This document shows, in pieces, positions 24,222 to 36,646 of a DNA stretch of 64,000 nucleotides (position 1 is its first letter; each line of letters starts with the position of its first letter). A model generated the notes under the pieces. It was not told the origin of the DNA. It saw only the letters and a program-made list of their open reading frames with translations, and did not search any database. The position numbers and the translations under genes were made by a program. Source of the DNA: Octopus sinensis (taxonomy: Eukaryota); NCBI RefSeq assembly GCF_006345805.1, contig NC_043009.1, positions 44,268,001 to 44,332,000 of the forward strand, written 5' to 3'.

Positions 24222-24679
24222 TTATAGAAGACATTAATAAGTTATTTATTCAATGAAGATAATTAACTTTCAGATTTAAAAGGCACAACTGTTATTAGGG
24301 TGAAGTTATCACTGGTGCTCAGTAACAAAGTTGATTCTTACTGCATGGGAACTGAATATAATTGGTTCCATACACATGCACTTGGGAGGTGAGGACCAAG
24401 TTAACTTGTTTTTGATTGTAGGGAACCTTCCAGAATTCTCCACATTTCATAAGATGTAGTACTCACATTTTATATTTGCTAACTAATAGAAAGAAGTCAG
24501 GAGAATTGATTTGCATATGATTAGAAAGTTGCATCACCAGCAAAAGTTTGATCAGCACTATGGGGGGGGGTGTTAAACCCCCTACAACCTACAACTTGTG
24601 TTGTTCAGTACAAACTGAAACTTAATTGACAGATTCCATTTTTATCCAAAAGATTTATTGGAGATTACATTTCACAAGG

Positions 24680-24860
24680 CTAGGGTTACAAGATCTGCTA
24701 GAAACCTGATCAGATTTCCCTCAAATCACATATTGCTGTCTTACCAAATGGACACTACAGATAATATAGTCTTAGATTTCCCTAAAGGGAAAAAAACCCA
24801 AATGTTTTTGATTGCCAGTCTGCTCAATCAGAGTTGACTTGAGATTAAACAGCAACATAT
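24680..24860 (+). mobile_element. SINE-like family D
   Basis: CTGCTAGAAA...CCCTCAAATCACA...CTGCTCAATCAGAGTTGAC...TAAACAGCAAC. Confidence 0.6.
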
Positions 24861-25809
24861 AATAGTATGCTGAGGTAGCAATGTTGCTGTGTGACAAAGG
24901 TGACATTTTTTAAATTTTTATAACACCTTTGTCTACTGAGAAATTAATTCCAAATAATGAAAAATAGTTAAAATAAATATAATGAAAAAGATAAATATAT
25001 AAAGGTATCAAGCTAATTTTCTCAAAATAGGGAAGTGCTTTAGCCAACTTCAAAACTTCAAATAACAAATTAAAAAAATCTTTCAATGGCAGACTATAAA
25101 TTTGTTCCTCATTGTCACCATCATCGTCATCTTTATTTATTATTAAATTTGTCGTCTCATTTTAACACCTTTCCGTTACTGTATTTAAAATCACTTACAC
25201 ATTTGGTCATGATGATGTTGATGATTATAAACAGTCTTTAAATAATTTATTCAGTTTTCATAAGTTTTACAATATTAACAAACCAAACGTTTCCTGTGGT
25301 TATATTTCTACTTTAGAACAATGTATAACTTATTAAATTCATAATGACATTCTTTTGAAGTGTTAAAAACACATTTGATTCTAATTCAAAACGGTTTGTA
25401 GATTATATTCAGGTGTTTGTTCATTAACTGGATGGATTTGTTAAAATTGGCAATTTACTGTGATCTCAAAAATGATGGGTTTGCAGTCGGTTACATTATC
25501 CGAAAGGGAAATTTTAACACATAATTAATAAAATTTAACCTCATTTATACATCCTGAGAAAAATATACATTCTAGACTTCGGTTAGAACTTTCTTCGCTT
25601 TAAAAAAAAAAAAGAAAGCAAGAAAGTAACAACTTAGGTGGAAAGGAATCACCTATAATCATTTCCAAGGCTACTAAGGTTGGTGGTAGGAAAAGAAGAA
25701 CTTAACTGTCTAGCCAGAAACATGGCCCAACTGTTTGCAATAGAGTGGACTCTGCTGAAGGTATGCACTGGCCAGGTGATGGTGTTAAACTAGGCCACAG
25801 ATTAAATAC

Positions 25810-25972
25810 CTCCAGTAAACTCCCACATAGTTTTTGTCTACCAAAATTCACTCAAGAGTCTTTGGTTGACCCAAGGCTGTAGTGGAAGACACACTAGAGT
25901 GCAGTATAATGAAATTGAACACCCAACCACACAGTTGCAAAGCAAATTTAATAACCCTGCAGCCCAGCCACA
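25810..25972 (-). mobile_element. SINE-A 5' half
   Basis: CTACCAAAATTCACTCAAGAGTCTTTGGTTGACCCAAGGCTGTAGTGGAAGACAC. Confidence 0.7.
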
Positions 25973-26059
25973 TCAGCTTCTTTTATCCGTTCATCTTCAT
26001 TTATAGTTGTTGTATCAACTCTCTTATATCTAAATTTAAAATAGCTTACAATTCCTCCT

Positions 26060-26225
26060 CATCATCATCATTTAATGTCTGTTTTCCAAGCTGACAGAGG
26101 TTGATCCGTTTGACAGGATACAACAAGCCATAGGACTGTACTACCTTCTTCCAGTGTCTGCTTTGGCACTGTACTAGGTGCTTTTTTTTTTTTATTTTCA
26201 CCCTAGTACTAGTGAGGTCACTGAG
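26060..26225 (-). mobile_element. Family C fragment
   Basis: CATCATCATCATTTAATGTCTGTTTTCCAAGCTG. Confidence 0.6.
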
Positions 26226-26340
26226 TAACTTACAGAACAAAGAAAAATAAGCTTAAATTATTCACAGTTGTGTCCATTCTTGAGATTCTTCCCTCTCCCC
26301 ATTTTTGCAAATTTATTGTTCCTGATCAAGGTGGTTTTTA

Positions 26341-26684
26341 GGAACAGGTGAGTGGTTAAGAAGGTCACTTCCCAGCCATACGGTTTTGGGTTCATTCTCA
26401 CTGTGGCAACCACATGGGATTTCGTAGATGAAAACTGGAAGAAGCCAGTCGTGGTGTGTGTGTGTGTGTCACTGTCTTGACATCATGGAATAGTTATAAA
26501 CATGTATCACCACCACACAAGAAGTTTCCAGCCTAATGTAAAAGCATAACCAGTCATGGGGGAAATATTATCTTGCTTGGAAACAGGTAATGTTGGTGAC
26601 AGGAAGGGCATCTGGCTGTAGAATATCCTCCTCGATGAATTCCATCTGATTCGTGCAAGCATGGAAAAGTGGATGTTAAAATGA
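26341..26684 (+). mobile_element. SINE family E
   Basis: GTGGTTAAGAAG...GGGTTCA head; GGTGACAGGAAGGGCATCTGGCTGTAGAA; GCAAGCATGGAAAAGTGGATGTTAAAATG tail. Confidence 0.75.
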
Positions 26685-26732
26685 GGTTCATATATTCTAT
26701 TGAAAATTAATGCCAAATCTAAATATCGGTAA

Positions 26733-27000
26733 TTCTTTTATTCTTTTACGTGTTTCAGTCATTTTGTGGTCATGCTGGAGCACTCCCTTAGAGGGTTTCA
26801 GTCGAAAAAAATTGACGCCAGGGCTTATTCTTTGTAAACCTAGTACTTATTCTGTCAGTCTCTTTTGCCAAACCATTAAATTACAAGGACTTAAACACAC
26901 CAACATTGGCTGTCGGACAATGGCAAGGGAACAAACACAGACACACAGATACACACACACACACACGATGGACTTCTTTCAGTTTCTGTCTACCAAATCC
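26733..27000 (-). mobile_element. SINE-A, 3' two-thirds
   Basis: TTTCAGTCATTTTGTGGTCATGCTGGAGCAC...TTCTTTCAGTTTCTGTCTACCAAATCC. Confidence 0.8.
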
Positions 27001-27103
27001 TCTCTTTTAAATTCTAATTATTGTGATCCCAAAAAAACTATTTTCACAATTATTATGATCAAGTTACTCCTTCATCCTCATCATTTGAGGTCTACTTTCA
27101 CTT

Positions 27104-27451
27104 CAAAACCATGTGATTTCAAGTTCAGTCCTACTGCACACCACACTATGACCCTGGGCTAACCAATGCTTTAATAAGTGAATTTGGTAAATGGAAAATG
27201 AATGAAAGCCTGTTGCACATATTTGTGTGTGTGTGTGTGTGTATTTCACTTTGCCTCTCTCTGCGTGACAATCAATGTAGGTTTGTTTACATTCCTGTAA
27301 CTTAGCAGTTTGGCATTTATATATTTAAAAAAAAAACTAGTAGATTAAGTACCAACCATCTTAATATTACTGAGATTTATTTGATCAACCAAAACTTTCA
27401 AGGTGGTGCCCCAGCATGGCCAATGACTGAAATAAGTAAGGGAATAAAAGT
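27104..27451 (+). mobile_element. SINE-A, decayed
   Basis: GTTCAGTCCTACTGC head; GGTGCCCCAGCATGGCCAATGACTGAAATAAGTAA tail. Confidence 0.7.
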
Positions 27452-27817
27452 CACACTATGTGACTCAATCATTTCTGTATTGTCAATGTGACTAGATGAA
27501 TGTTTGGGGCTGTCGAAAATAAACACTTAAGGGAATCAGCAAAGTTCATCTCCATACCTGTAGGATTCTGCCAAAGGTCTATGTGGTCACTAATTGTACT
27601 AGAAATAGCAGTTAAATCTTGCTAAAAATCCCTCACTCTACTATTTTAAATAAGGAATGAACACTAGATAATGAGTTCCTAGACATATGATGGTCATGGC
27701 TGGAATGTCTTCAATCAAGATGGAGGTAGATTTAAATAGCATCATATTGATAATAAATGTAATTGAAATTTATCTTCAAAATCATTTGATGCTTAAGTAA
27801 ATAAATTAATAAATAAA

Positions 27818-28056
27818 GTGGTGGTGCGTGGCTTAGTGGTTAGGGTGTTGGACTCATGTCTGTAAGATTGTGGTTTCCTGGACCAGGCGATATGTTCTGG
27901 AGCAAAATACATTTCACATTGTTCCAGTCCACTTAGCTGGCAAAAATGAGTAATCCTGCAATGGACCGGCATGCCATCCAAGTGAGGGAATATATACACC
28001 ATGAAAGCAGGAAACTGGCCCTCATGAGTTGGTATGACTCAAGCAAGTAACTTCAC
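27818..28056 (+). mobile_element. tRNA-derived SINE family H (CORE-like centre, V-domain-like 3' part)
   Basis: A-box TGGCTTAGTGG; CACATTGTTCCAGTCCACTTAGCTGGCAAAAATGAGTA shared with 47082 element; CCTGCAATGGACCGGCATGCCATCCA resembles the V-SINE domain (from memory). Confidence 0.7.
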
Positions 28057-28142
28057 AATTTTTTTCCTTTTTAAATAGTGTCTGTTAAAGATCAATGGCA
28101 CAATGGAATTTCAAGTAAATTCCAAAATAAGTTTTTTTCATT

Positions 28143-28302
28143 GCTGGTGCTGGTGTCACATAAAAAAATACCGAGTACACTCTGTAAAGTGGTTGGCACC
28201 AGGAAGGGCATCCAGTTGTAGAAGCCATTGCAAAGCAGACAGTAGAGCTTGGTACAGTCTTCTGGCTCACCAGTTCCTGACAAACCAATGTCATTGTGGA
28301 CA
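28143..28302 (+). mobile_element. Family C 3' end, tail interrupted by MITE P
   Basis: GGTTGGCACCAGGAAGGGCATCCAG...GGACATTAA; tail ATGATGAT resumes after 28535. Confidence 0.75.
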
Positions 28303-28306
28303 TTAA

Positions 28307-28531
28307 CCCTTTAGCATTCAGATTATTTTGTCAAATGTTGTGCTTATTTATTCTCATTGTTTTAAATTAATCTTGCATTATCTCGTAGTTTCGAGATTTC
28401 AGTGATGTGATTGTTTAGATTTAATATGACATTGTTGGATGGGTGTGAGAGGCCAGATCTGGTTGGTTTGAACATAAAACAGATAGAATATATTTTTGGG
28501 GCTGGATATAGCCGATTTAAATGCTAAAGAG
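28307..28531 (+). mobile_element. piggyBac-like MITE, family P
   Basis: TTAA|CCCTTTAGCATTCAG ... AATGCTAAAGAG|TAAA. Confidence 0.85.
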
Positions 28532-29447
28532 TAAAATGATGATAATGAGGAGGAGGTAAGACATTAAATGGTTTCCAGTGAGGAAGCTCCAGCTTGGGAG
28601 TTCAGGAGATTAGAGGAGTATGGAGTTGCTCCTTAGTCACCACTATTTTCAGGTCTACTCCAACTCAAGATGGTAATACCTGTCAAGGGCCCTAGTTGCG
28701 ACTCAAATAGTGGAAGATGGTGCTATAGCTAAGGCATACAGGACTGGGAGAAGGATTGGCTCCTAGGCATGTCATACAGGCCCAGTGGTGAGGGACATAC
28801 CCTGATGTCATATCAACTAATCTTCTTTGCTTAAAAGTTAAATATACTCTGTACCTCAAGGATAAGCTTAAGGCCACATTAACTATCACAATAAACTAGC
28901 AGAATGCAACAAGAAACAACTGCTGTTTCTTTCCCCACCAAAAAACTCATGAATCTTCAGACTCTGTTTGGAGGTCCATGGTAGCTGATGCCTTGAAACA
29001 GGCATGGCACATGAGAGAAAGAGGAAGAGAGTTTTACTTCCAGGTCAAAGATAATGCTTATAATGTAATCTGTCTTTCAGTGTAGTGTTAGTAAATTCAG
29101 TTCATTATCATTGTTTTTACATCTGCTTTTTTATGCTGGTATGGGTTGGATAAGATTTGTTACAGAAGTGTTCTCTGGCTGGATTCCAGTTTACAACCTG
29201 TTTCCATGTAGGGTACTTAATTCCCCTGACCTTTGAAACATTGTTCATATTCAGCACTTTTGTTGGGAGTACCATTGAAATTGATGAGACAAAGGATTTA
29301 CTTCCTGATATTATATCTTTAAACTGTTGGCCACCATCAAATTCCTAAACAAGATATCTTTGTTTAAGCAGGTTGGGAAATTCATAGTTTATTCTCAAGA
29401 CAATTGACAAGTAGAATAAAATATCTCCATAACATGAATCAGCACTG

Positions 29448-29498
<51 letters not shown>

Positions 29499-29589
29499 TA
29501 TATATATATACACACACACAGTCACACTCACACATATGCATTTGCATTGTTGGCTCAGATCCAGTTTATGTTATTGTATTTTATCTCAT

Positions 29590-29735
29590 ACATCATCATC
29601 TTTTAAACATCCATGCTGCATGCTGGCATGGGTTGGCAGCATCCAGTGGATTGAAGGACTGCATTATGTCTCATTATCTACATTGGCATGGTTTCTATGA
29701 CTGGATGCCCTTTCATGCCATCACCACTGGTGTGA
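29590..29735 (-). mobile_element. Family C fragment
   Basis: CATCATCTTTTAAACATCCATG...GTTTCTATGACTGGATGCCCTT. Confidence 0.65.
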
Positions 29736-30224
29736 TTGCCATACAGCTCCCTTGACAGTGTACACCAAGGGTAGAGGGGCTTTATGCTAGATGAGGTTGT
29801 ATGTGTGTTCTTTAATTATTGGAATTTTAACTACAAGGAAGGAGATGGTTTCTGATAGAGAAAGAGCTCAGTCACTGGAATTTGAGTTACTACAAGTGTT
29901 ACATGTTGAACTTCAGACAAGTCTTGCATATTTTCACTGTTCCACCTACAGGATATTTGTAGAGTGTGTATCAACTAGTCACTTTCCTTGCCTAAACACC
30001 CCAGCATTCTGAGTGTGTCAATTAAACATTTAGTTACAAAGCCAAAGTGCACCAATAATTACTAGTATAATAGTGAATTCATAATCAGGGTAGCAAAGCT
30101 GCAAATTTCAAAGCAATATTTCTCATCTTCTTTGTGTGTGTGTGTGTGTTTTGTTTTAATATATATACTGGAACCTTCGTCAGTAAATATGTATCCTCCA
30201 GCAATGGCATAACTACATGAGGAA

Positions 30225-30400
30225 TATTTGAAGGATCCCCCATATCTAAGGCGTTCGCCACTGGAATAAGGAGTGGTTGGAGATCACGCGGTCCTTAACC
30301 TCAAATCGCCAGGCTTGGTCGGCATTTGTGAGAGATGCAGCATTGAGGATGAATGAAGCCAGCTCGACCCACCCCGTGTGAATGCTGTCAAATCTAGTCA
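30225..30400 (+). pseudogene. Second RTE-clade LINE 3' end (decayed ORF terminus)
   Basis: Reads LKDPHI*GVRHWNKEWLEITRSLTSNRQAWSAFVRDAALRMNEASSTHPV* (stop 30379-30381), matching the RTE-1-type C-terminus ..DRRAWSAFVRD..GSTRPG*. Confidence 0.75.
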
Positions 30401-30440
30401 TGACAGTGCCATTAAGATGCCCTATGTTCAATACCATTGC

Positions 30441-30770
30441 ATGAGACCTTGGGCAAGTGAGTTCTGCTATAACTCAGGTCTACCAAAACCTTAGTAGACG
30501 GGAACTGAAAAAGTTCTTTTCTGTGTGTGTGTGTGTCTTCATGCTTGTCTTGACAAACTGGTTGTAAAGAAATATTGTTGCCATACAAGCAGTGCTGCTT
30601 GTTTGCAATCTTTGTGAAAAACAGGTCCGGTCATTGTGTTGTTCATGTTGAAAGGATTAGGAGAAATATTACCTTGGAACAGAAAGAGCATTAAGCTGTG
30701 GAAAATCTTCCTCAATACCTTTCATCTGACCCACTCAGGCATGGAAAATTAAATGTTAAAACAGTGATGA
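30441..30770 (+). mobile_element. SINE family E, 5'-truncated
   Basis: CCTTGGGCAAG; GGAGAAATATTACCTTGG; GACCCACTCAGGCATGGAAAA...GTTAAAA. Confidence 0.65.
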
Positions 30771-31903
30771 TAATAGTATATTTTTCTATAAGTACGTATG
30801 TCTATCTATCTGTGTGTCTGAGGTGTCTATGTAATATGTATGAATGTATGTATGTATGTGTGTGGTGAGGGTATTTACAAAGGAAACTTTCCTAGTTACT
30901 GCAAAGTTGCACCAGTCATTGACTCCTTCCTTCAGTCTGCCTGAAGAAACTAGAGATTACTGAAAACTTCAAAGTACCTATTAAGTTTTTCTTTGTAAAA
31001 ATATATTTTATACTCTACTTATATGTATTTTGTCCTTTCTAAATGTTTTTATGTATGACAATATAATGAGATACATTAACACTCATGCATGTGTGTGTGT
31101 ATATGAACATGCACAGACACTCTTGTTTTTATGTATAAAAGATCACTCGGTGCATTATTACAAAGGAACAGTTGACAGTTACATTGAATTTTTTGCTGAT
31201 TATTGACTTCATCATCCGATAGATAAAGCTAATGGTCAGCAAAACTTCAAAGTTACTATTGATCTTTTCCTTATCCCCACCCCTCCCCACCCCCAGAGTT
31301 AGTTGTTTACGTTGTTTTTTTGCTCCATCTGTAATTCAAAGCCAACATCCGGCTTCGGGATAGTCCAGTCGCCATTGGTCAGTTGGGTCAGTGCGATGTA
31401 GCATCTGTTACTGGACTGATGCCAAGACTTCTAACCCATGGGAGCAAGCAGATTGTAGTTGTTGTCAATAAAAGTCCACTTATCTATCCTTCTGTCTGTC
31501 TACATGTATGAATGTGTGTGTATTGTTGTGCATTATTATACATACATACATTGATTTCTAGCAGCTGGGTTATTGGTTCTGCTATGGCAAAGCAGAATTA
31601 TACAAAAAGCTAAAACGTATGTGCGCACACACATACACACACCTGCATTTGCATAAATATTATTTATGTACCAGGATACTGTTTTCTAATATCCAATGGC
31701 ATCATCTCTTTAACGAGTATTCTTCTAGAATGGCTGCTGCAAGCATACTGGTGTTTTCTCCTCTTTTATTGATATGACTTATCATTTTTTGTCACCAATT
31801 TCCTTATACTCGCTTTTATATTTAGTCTAATAATTTTACATCCATTAGTCTATGACATCAACGGCATTTCAAAATCTGTTTAATGCAAGTATCTGTTGTT
31901 ACA

Positions 31904-32307
31904 AGGTGTAGGAGTGACTGTTTTGGCAAGTAACTTGCTTATGAACCACATGGTTCCAGGTTCAGTCCCACTGCGTGACACCTTGGGCAAGTGTCTTCCA
32001 CTATAGCCTTGGGCTGACCAAAGCCATGCGAGTGGATTTGGTTGACGGAAACTGAAAGAAGCCTGTCGTATATATGTATATATATATGTGTGTGTATATA
32101 TTTGTGTGTCTGTGTTTGTCCCCCAACATCGTTTGACAACTGATGCTGGTGTGTTTACGTCGTCGTAACTTAGCAGTTCGGCAAAAGAGACCAAGAGAAT
32201 AAGTACTAGGCTTACAAAGAATAAGTCCTGGGGTCGATTTGCTCGACTAAAGGCTGTGCTCCAGCATGGCCACAGTCACATGACTGAAGCAAGTAAAAGA
32301 GTAAAGA
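31904..32307 (+). mobile_element. Full-length SINE family A
   Basis: AGGTGTAGGAGTGACTG head through GACTGAAGCAAGTAAAAGAGTAAAG tail; close to the 36231 and 47401 copies. Confidence 0.92.
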
Positions 32308-32526
32308 ATCTTCACAACGATCTCACCCACACTACAAAGTATAGAAGGATAATTTATGTTTAATTATCAGTAATTCATTATTTTGTTTGCTTTTTTTTTA
32401 CATGCAGTTTTCCATCCTGGCACAAAGTTTTGCTATATCTATTTGTTAAAGAGAAATAGCTACATGAATTACTGGTGTTGTTTTTTCTGTCTTTGTTATT
32501 ATCATCATCACCAGTGATGAGAACTA

Positions 32527-32684
32527 CCATATATACACTCCTGTGTAAATTACACTAATTTATACTTGATTTTAACTGGGAAAAACTGGGCTGCAGCTTA
32601 TACACAGGGCAAAGAAGTAAAAAAAAATTGTACCAAGTTTTAACACCGCATTGGAAGGTGCAACTTTTACACAAGTAAATATGG
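32527..32684. mobile_element. pogo/Tigger-like MITE with TA TSD
   Basis: TA|CCATATATAC..TGTGTAAA and TTTTACACAAGTAAATATGG|TA imperfect TIRs; internal GGGCTGCAGCTTATACACAGG. Confidence 0.55.
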
Positions 32685-32774
32685 TAACCTTTGTCAGTGC
32701 TTTTAAATTTGTTGCTTTGTGATACTTAAAACCTATAGTTGTCATTTTAGAGAAGGGTGTGGTTACTCATTTGA

Positions 32775-32777
<3 letters not shown>

Positions 32778-32830
<53 letters not shown>
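32778..32830. repeat. (AT)n microsatellite
   Basis: Pure alternating AT. Confidence 0.95.
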
Positions 32831-32833
<3 letters not shown>

Positions 32834-33153
32834 TAAACAGTAAAAATAATTACAGACATGGACAAGAACATGAAACACCACAGAGACGGCACAAGAACCA
32901 CAGGACGGGACATTCGAAGCCCTCAGTCATCAGTCAAGAACCAGATCATCCCAGCAATCTCGGCTGATTAATCTTATATATTAATCTTAATATATATATA
33001 CGCCCAGTCACTATTTTCCAGGTTGTTTGGTGTCTGTGTTTGTACAGCCAGATTTCAATACTTGTGCTATGCATTTTATCATCATAAGGTTAGACTTGTA
33101 GCTGTTTTCCACTTTTATGAAGTGAAAATAAATAGCAAAAACATTTATTTAAA

Positions 33154-33551
33154 CCCTTTTGACACCGACCTGTTTAAAACCATTTGTTTTAAAGTGATCT
33201 AAATTAAAATCATCCATCAAAATTTCATGTTAATTTATGTTCTAAACACCAGCTTATTGTATTATCCAGCAAACAATTTGATGTAGTATATAATGTAAAT
33301 ATGTAGTGTGAACATTCAAGCCTCATCGTTATTTTTACCTAATCCTGCTGTACTTCACATGGAATTTTAAGTCTTTGAAATTTAATCTTAGTGTATAAGT
33401 TGCCTACCCCTTTTGACTATAAATTTTGGTCTGAAAAATTAAACTTGATTGCTAGAAAATATGATAATGACAAAATTATTTGAATAAGTTCAATATTTTA
33501 AAAATTGAATTAAAAGCCATGTATTTCAACAGAAATATGGTGACTAATGGG
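33154..33551 (+). mobile_element. Family Q MITE with internal insertion
   Basis: CCCTTTTGACACC left end; AGAAATATGGTGACTAATGGG|TTAA right end; longer than the 220-bp intact copy. Confidence 0.55.
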
Positions 33552-33603
33552 TTAAGTACACATTCTGATATTTATATGAGTTCATGTTATGTCTTGTAGT
33601 GAT

Positions 33604-33790
33604 ATCATCATCTAACATCTATATTCCATGCTGATGAGGGTTGAACGGCTTGACAGAAACTGACAAAGCCAGGGGCCACATCAGGTTCTATAGTCTGTTT
33701 TGGTTTAGTTTCTACTACTGGATGCCCTTCCTAACACCAACCACTTAAAAAAGTGTATTGAGTGCTTTTTACATTGCACCAATATCTACC
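33604..33790 (-). mobile_element. Family C 3' end
   Basis: CTGGATGCCCTTCCTAACACCAACCAC. Confidence 0.7.
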
Positions 33791-34261
33791 CCAATACTTA
33801 TGTGGCACCTTGGTTTTAAGATCTCAATTCTGTTGTGACAGACAGGTCTTCTTGGATATGTATGTATATATATTACTTCATTTAGTTGGATTGAAATCCT
33901 ATATTTATATCTCACCAGTGGTGAGTGTATATGATAATAAAGTTGTGTGGGTATCTCTTATGTGTATAAAAGATTACTTGACATGATGTATCAAAAGGTT
34001 GATGCTTTGCCTTTCAGTTGGGTTTAGAATTATGTTTAGTAACAAGAAACATTTTACATAAGAATTTCTGTTATCAACTGGTCATGCAATTGAAAACTCA
34101 GATTCTGGACTCCAGTCTCTTAACTGAAATTGAAACGAACAGTTTGGAATTTAGGGCGTCAGAAACTGTATGTCATTATTTGGCCTACTAAAAGTAGCAA
34201 TCAAATCATCTTCAAATCACATGCTACTCCTTCAAGAGAAGAAGGAATGGCATTGGATTAT

Positions 34262-34619
34262 GTCATCTTAAGCTACAAAATATATATATATAAATAGATA
34301 AGACATGATGGTCACAGTTGGAATGCTTTTGTCAAGTCTTGTTCAATGAGAGACAATGTGGAGCTAATCAACAGCAAGAAAATTTATGGCACTCTGGGTC
34401 TGTTGCACTGTAAACTAATTTTCTTATTGGAAACTTGATTTAAGTCATCTTACATATAACATCAGCTACAAAAAAATAAATAAGGTATGATAGTCACGGT
34501 TGGAATGCTTTTGTCAGTAGGTCTTTTTCAATGAGAGCCAATAGGAAGCTAATCAACAAAAAAATTTATGGCACTCTGGATCTGTGGAACTGTTAACTAA
34601 TTTTCTTATTGGAAACTTG
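34262..34619 (+). repeat. Tandem duplication, ~180-bp units
   Basis: 34262-34437 and 34444-34619 share GTCATCTTA...TTGGAATGCTTTTGTCA...ATTTATGGCACTCTGG...TTCTTATTGGAAACTTG. Confidence 0.85.
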
Positions 34620-35180
34620 GTTCCACTATGTCAGTGTACCAAGTTATCATTTGTGTTTGTTATAAAACTATTCTTTATCATACCAACTTGCCTGAGACTG
34701 CACTTGGTTCTATGACACAAACTTCTTGGTTTTAAAGTTTCGTATTAGTCCGAAACACCATTCTATTTTACTACTAAATTCTTCATTATTTTCAAAATTA
34801 ATGGAAACAAAGAATTTGTATTTCAATAGAAATACAATAACAAAACGGTTAAATTTTATTTGAATATTAGTATAAATCCAGTGGAGTGTTGAATGATAGA
34901 TTGTTATACAGAAACAGAGTTTATGATACAGTACGATGTTATGTTACAGTAATGATGAAGATGATTCTTTTTAATTTTTGGCACAAGGCCAACAGTTTTG
35001 AGGAAAAGGAGTTAGTAGATTGCATCAATCTCTAGTGCTCAACTGATGTTTATTTTATTGACTCAAAAGGATGAAAGGCGATGTTGGCCTTGATATCATT
35101 TGAATTCAGAACTTGAAGCCCAATGAAATGCCACTAAGCATTTTGCCTAACATGCTAATGATTCTGCCAGCTTACTGCCT

Positions 35181-35213
<33 letters not shown>

Positions 35214-36230
35214 GTTTCAAATTTTGCCACAAGGACAGTCATGTTGGGGGAGGGGTTAAGTCGATTTCATCGACCTCAGTATTTCACTGGTACTTAATTT
35301 ATTGACTCCCAAAAGGATGAAAGGCATGATAATGACTTATTTATTTAAATAATAATAATAATCCTTTCTACTGAAAGCACAATGTCTAAAATTTGGTGGG
35401 AGGGGGCTAGTTGATTACATTGACCCCAGTGTTTCACTGGTACTTAATTTATCAACTTTGAAAAGATGAAAGGCAAAGTTGACCTTGATGGAATTTGAAC
35501 TCAGAACGTAGCGACAGGCAAAATACCACTGAGCATTTTGTCCAGCGTGCTAATGATTCTGCCAACTTGCTGCCTTTTGTATAATGATAATAATAATAAT
35601 AATGGTTTCAAATTTTGGCACAAGGCCAGCAAGTTTAGAGAAGGGAGTAGTAAGTCGATTACATTGATCCTAATGTTCAACTGGTACTTATTTTATTGGC
35701 CCTTAAAGGATGAAAGGTTGAGTTGACCTTGGCAGAACTTGAACTCAGAACATAAAAATGAATGAATTGCTGCTGAGTATTTTGCTTGGCATGATAATAA
35801 TTCTGCCAGCCTACCACCTTAATAAAAAAAATTAAAAAATAATAATAATAATGGTTTCTACTTGAGGCACTAGGCCAGCAGTTTTGAGACGAGGGATTTA
35901 ATCAATACCATCAGCCCAAGCACATGACTGGTACTTTATTTTATTGACCCTCAAAAGGATGCACAGCAAAAGTTGACTTTTGCAGAATTTGAAATCTCAA
36001 TTTGTTGGAAGAAATACTGGATAGTCTTTTGTCTGGTGGTCTAATGATTTCACCAGTCCATTCTCTAACATTGATGCACGGCCAGAAATCGGTTGGTGAG
36101 GAATAGTGGGTTTAAATCAACTTCGACTGGTTCTGTATTTTATTGATCCCAGAAAGGATGAAAGTCAAAGCTGACCTTGTTGGAATTTGAACTTGGGACA
36201 TGAACAGTTGCCAGAAATGCTGCTAAGCAT

Positions 36231-36646
36231 TTTACTCTTTTACTTGTTTCAGTCATTTGACTGTGGCCATGCTGGAGCACCGCCTTTTAGTCGAGCAAAT
36301 CGACTCCATGACATATTCTTTGTAAGCCTAGTACTTATTCTATTGGTCTCTTTTGCCGAACCGCTAAGTTACTGGGATGTAAACACACCAGCATCGGTTG
36401 TTAAGCGATGTTGGGAGGATAAACACAGACACACAAACACACACACACACACACACACATATATAAACATATACTTATATACGACGGGCTTCTTTCAGTT
36501 TCCATCTACCAAATCCACTCACAATGCTTTGGTTGACCTGAGGCCAAAGTAGAAGACACTTTGCCCAAGGTGCCACATAGTGGGACTGAACCCGGAACCA
36601 TGTAGTTGGTAAGCAAGCTACTTACCACACAGCCACTCCTGCGCCT
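36231..36646 (-). mobile_element. Full-length SINE-A nested in an array unit
   Basis: Host unit GCTAAGCAT|...|AATGTGCTAATG split by an element with intact CCACACAGCCACTCCTGCGCCT head. Confidence 0.92.

Noticed and set aside
25660-25760. Apparent exon ending GAAG|gtatgc
   Set aside because: Sequence looks like a decayed RTE fragment (GGRKRR..EWT) and the acceptor is weak
26710-27162. 150-aa ORF
   Set aside because: Antisense read-through of SINE-A including its (CA)n linker (THTHT run)
31370-31405. - strand peptide RCYIALTQ resembling the dynein AAA1 motif RCYITLTQ
   Set aside because: Only 8 residues match; no downstream P-loop (GPAGTGKT)
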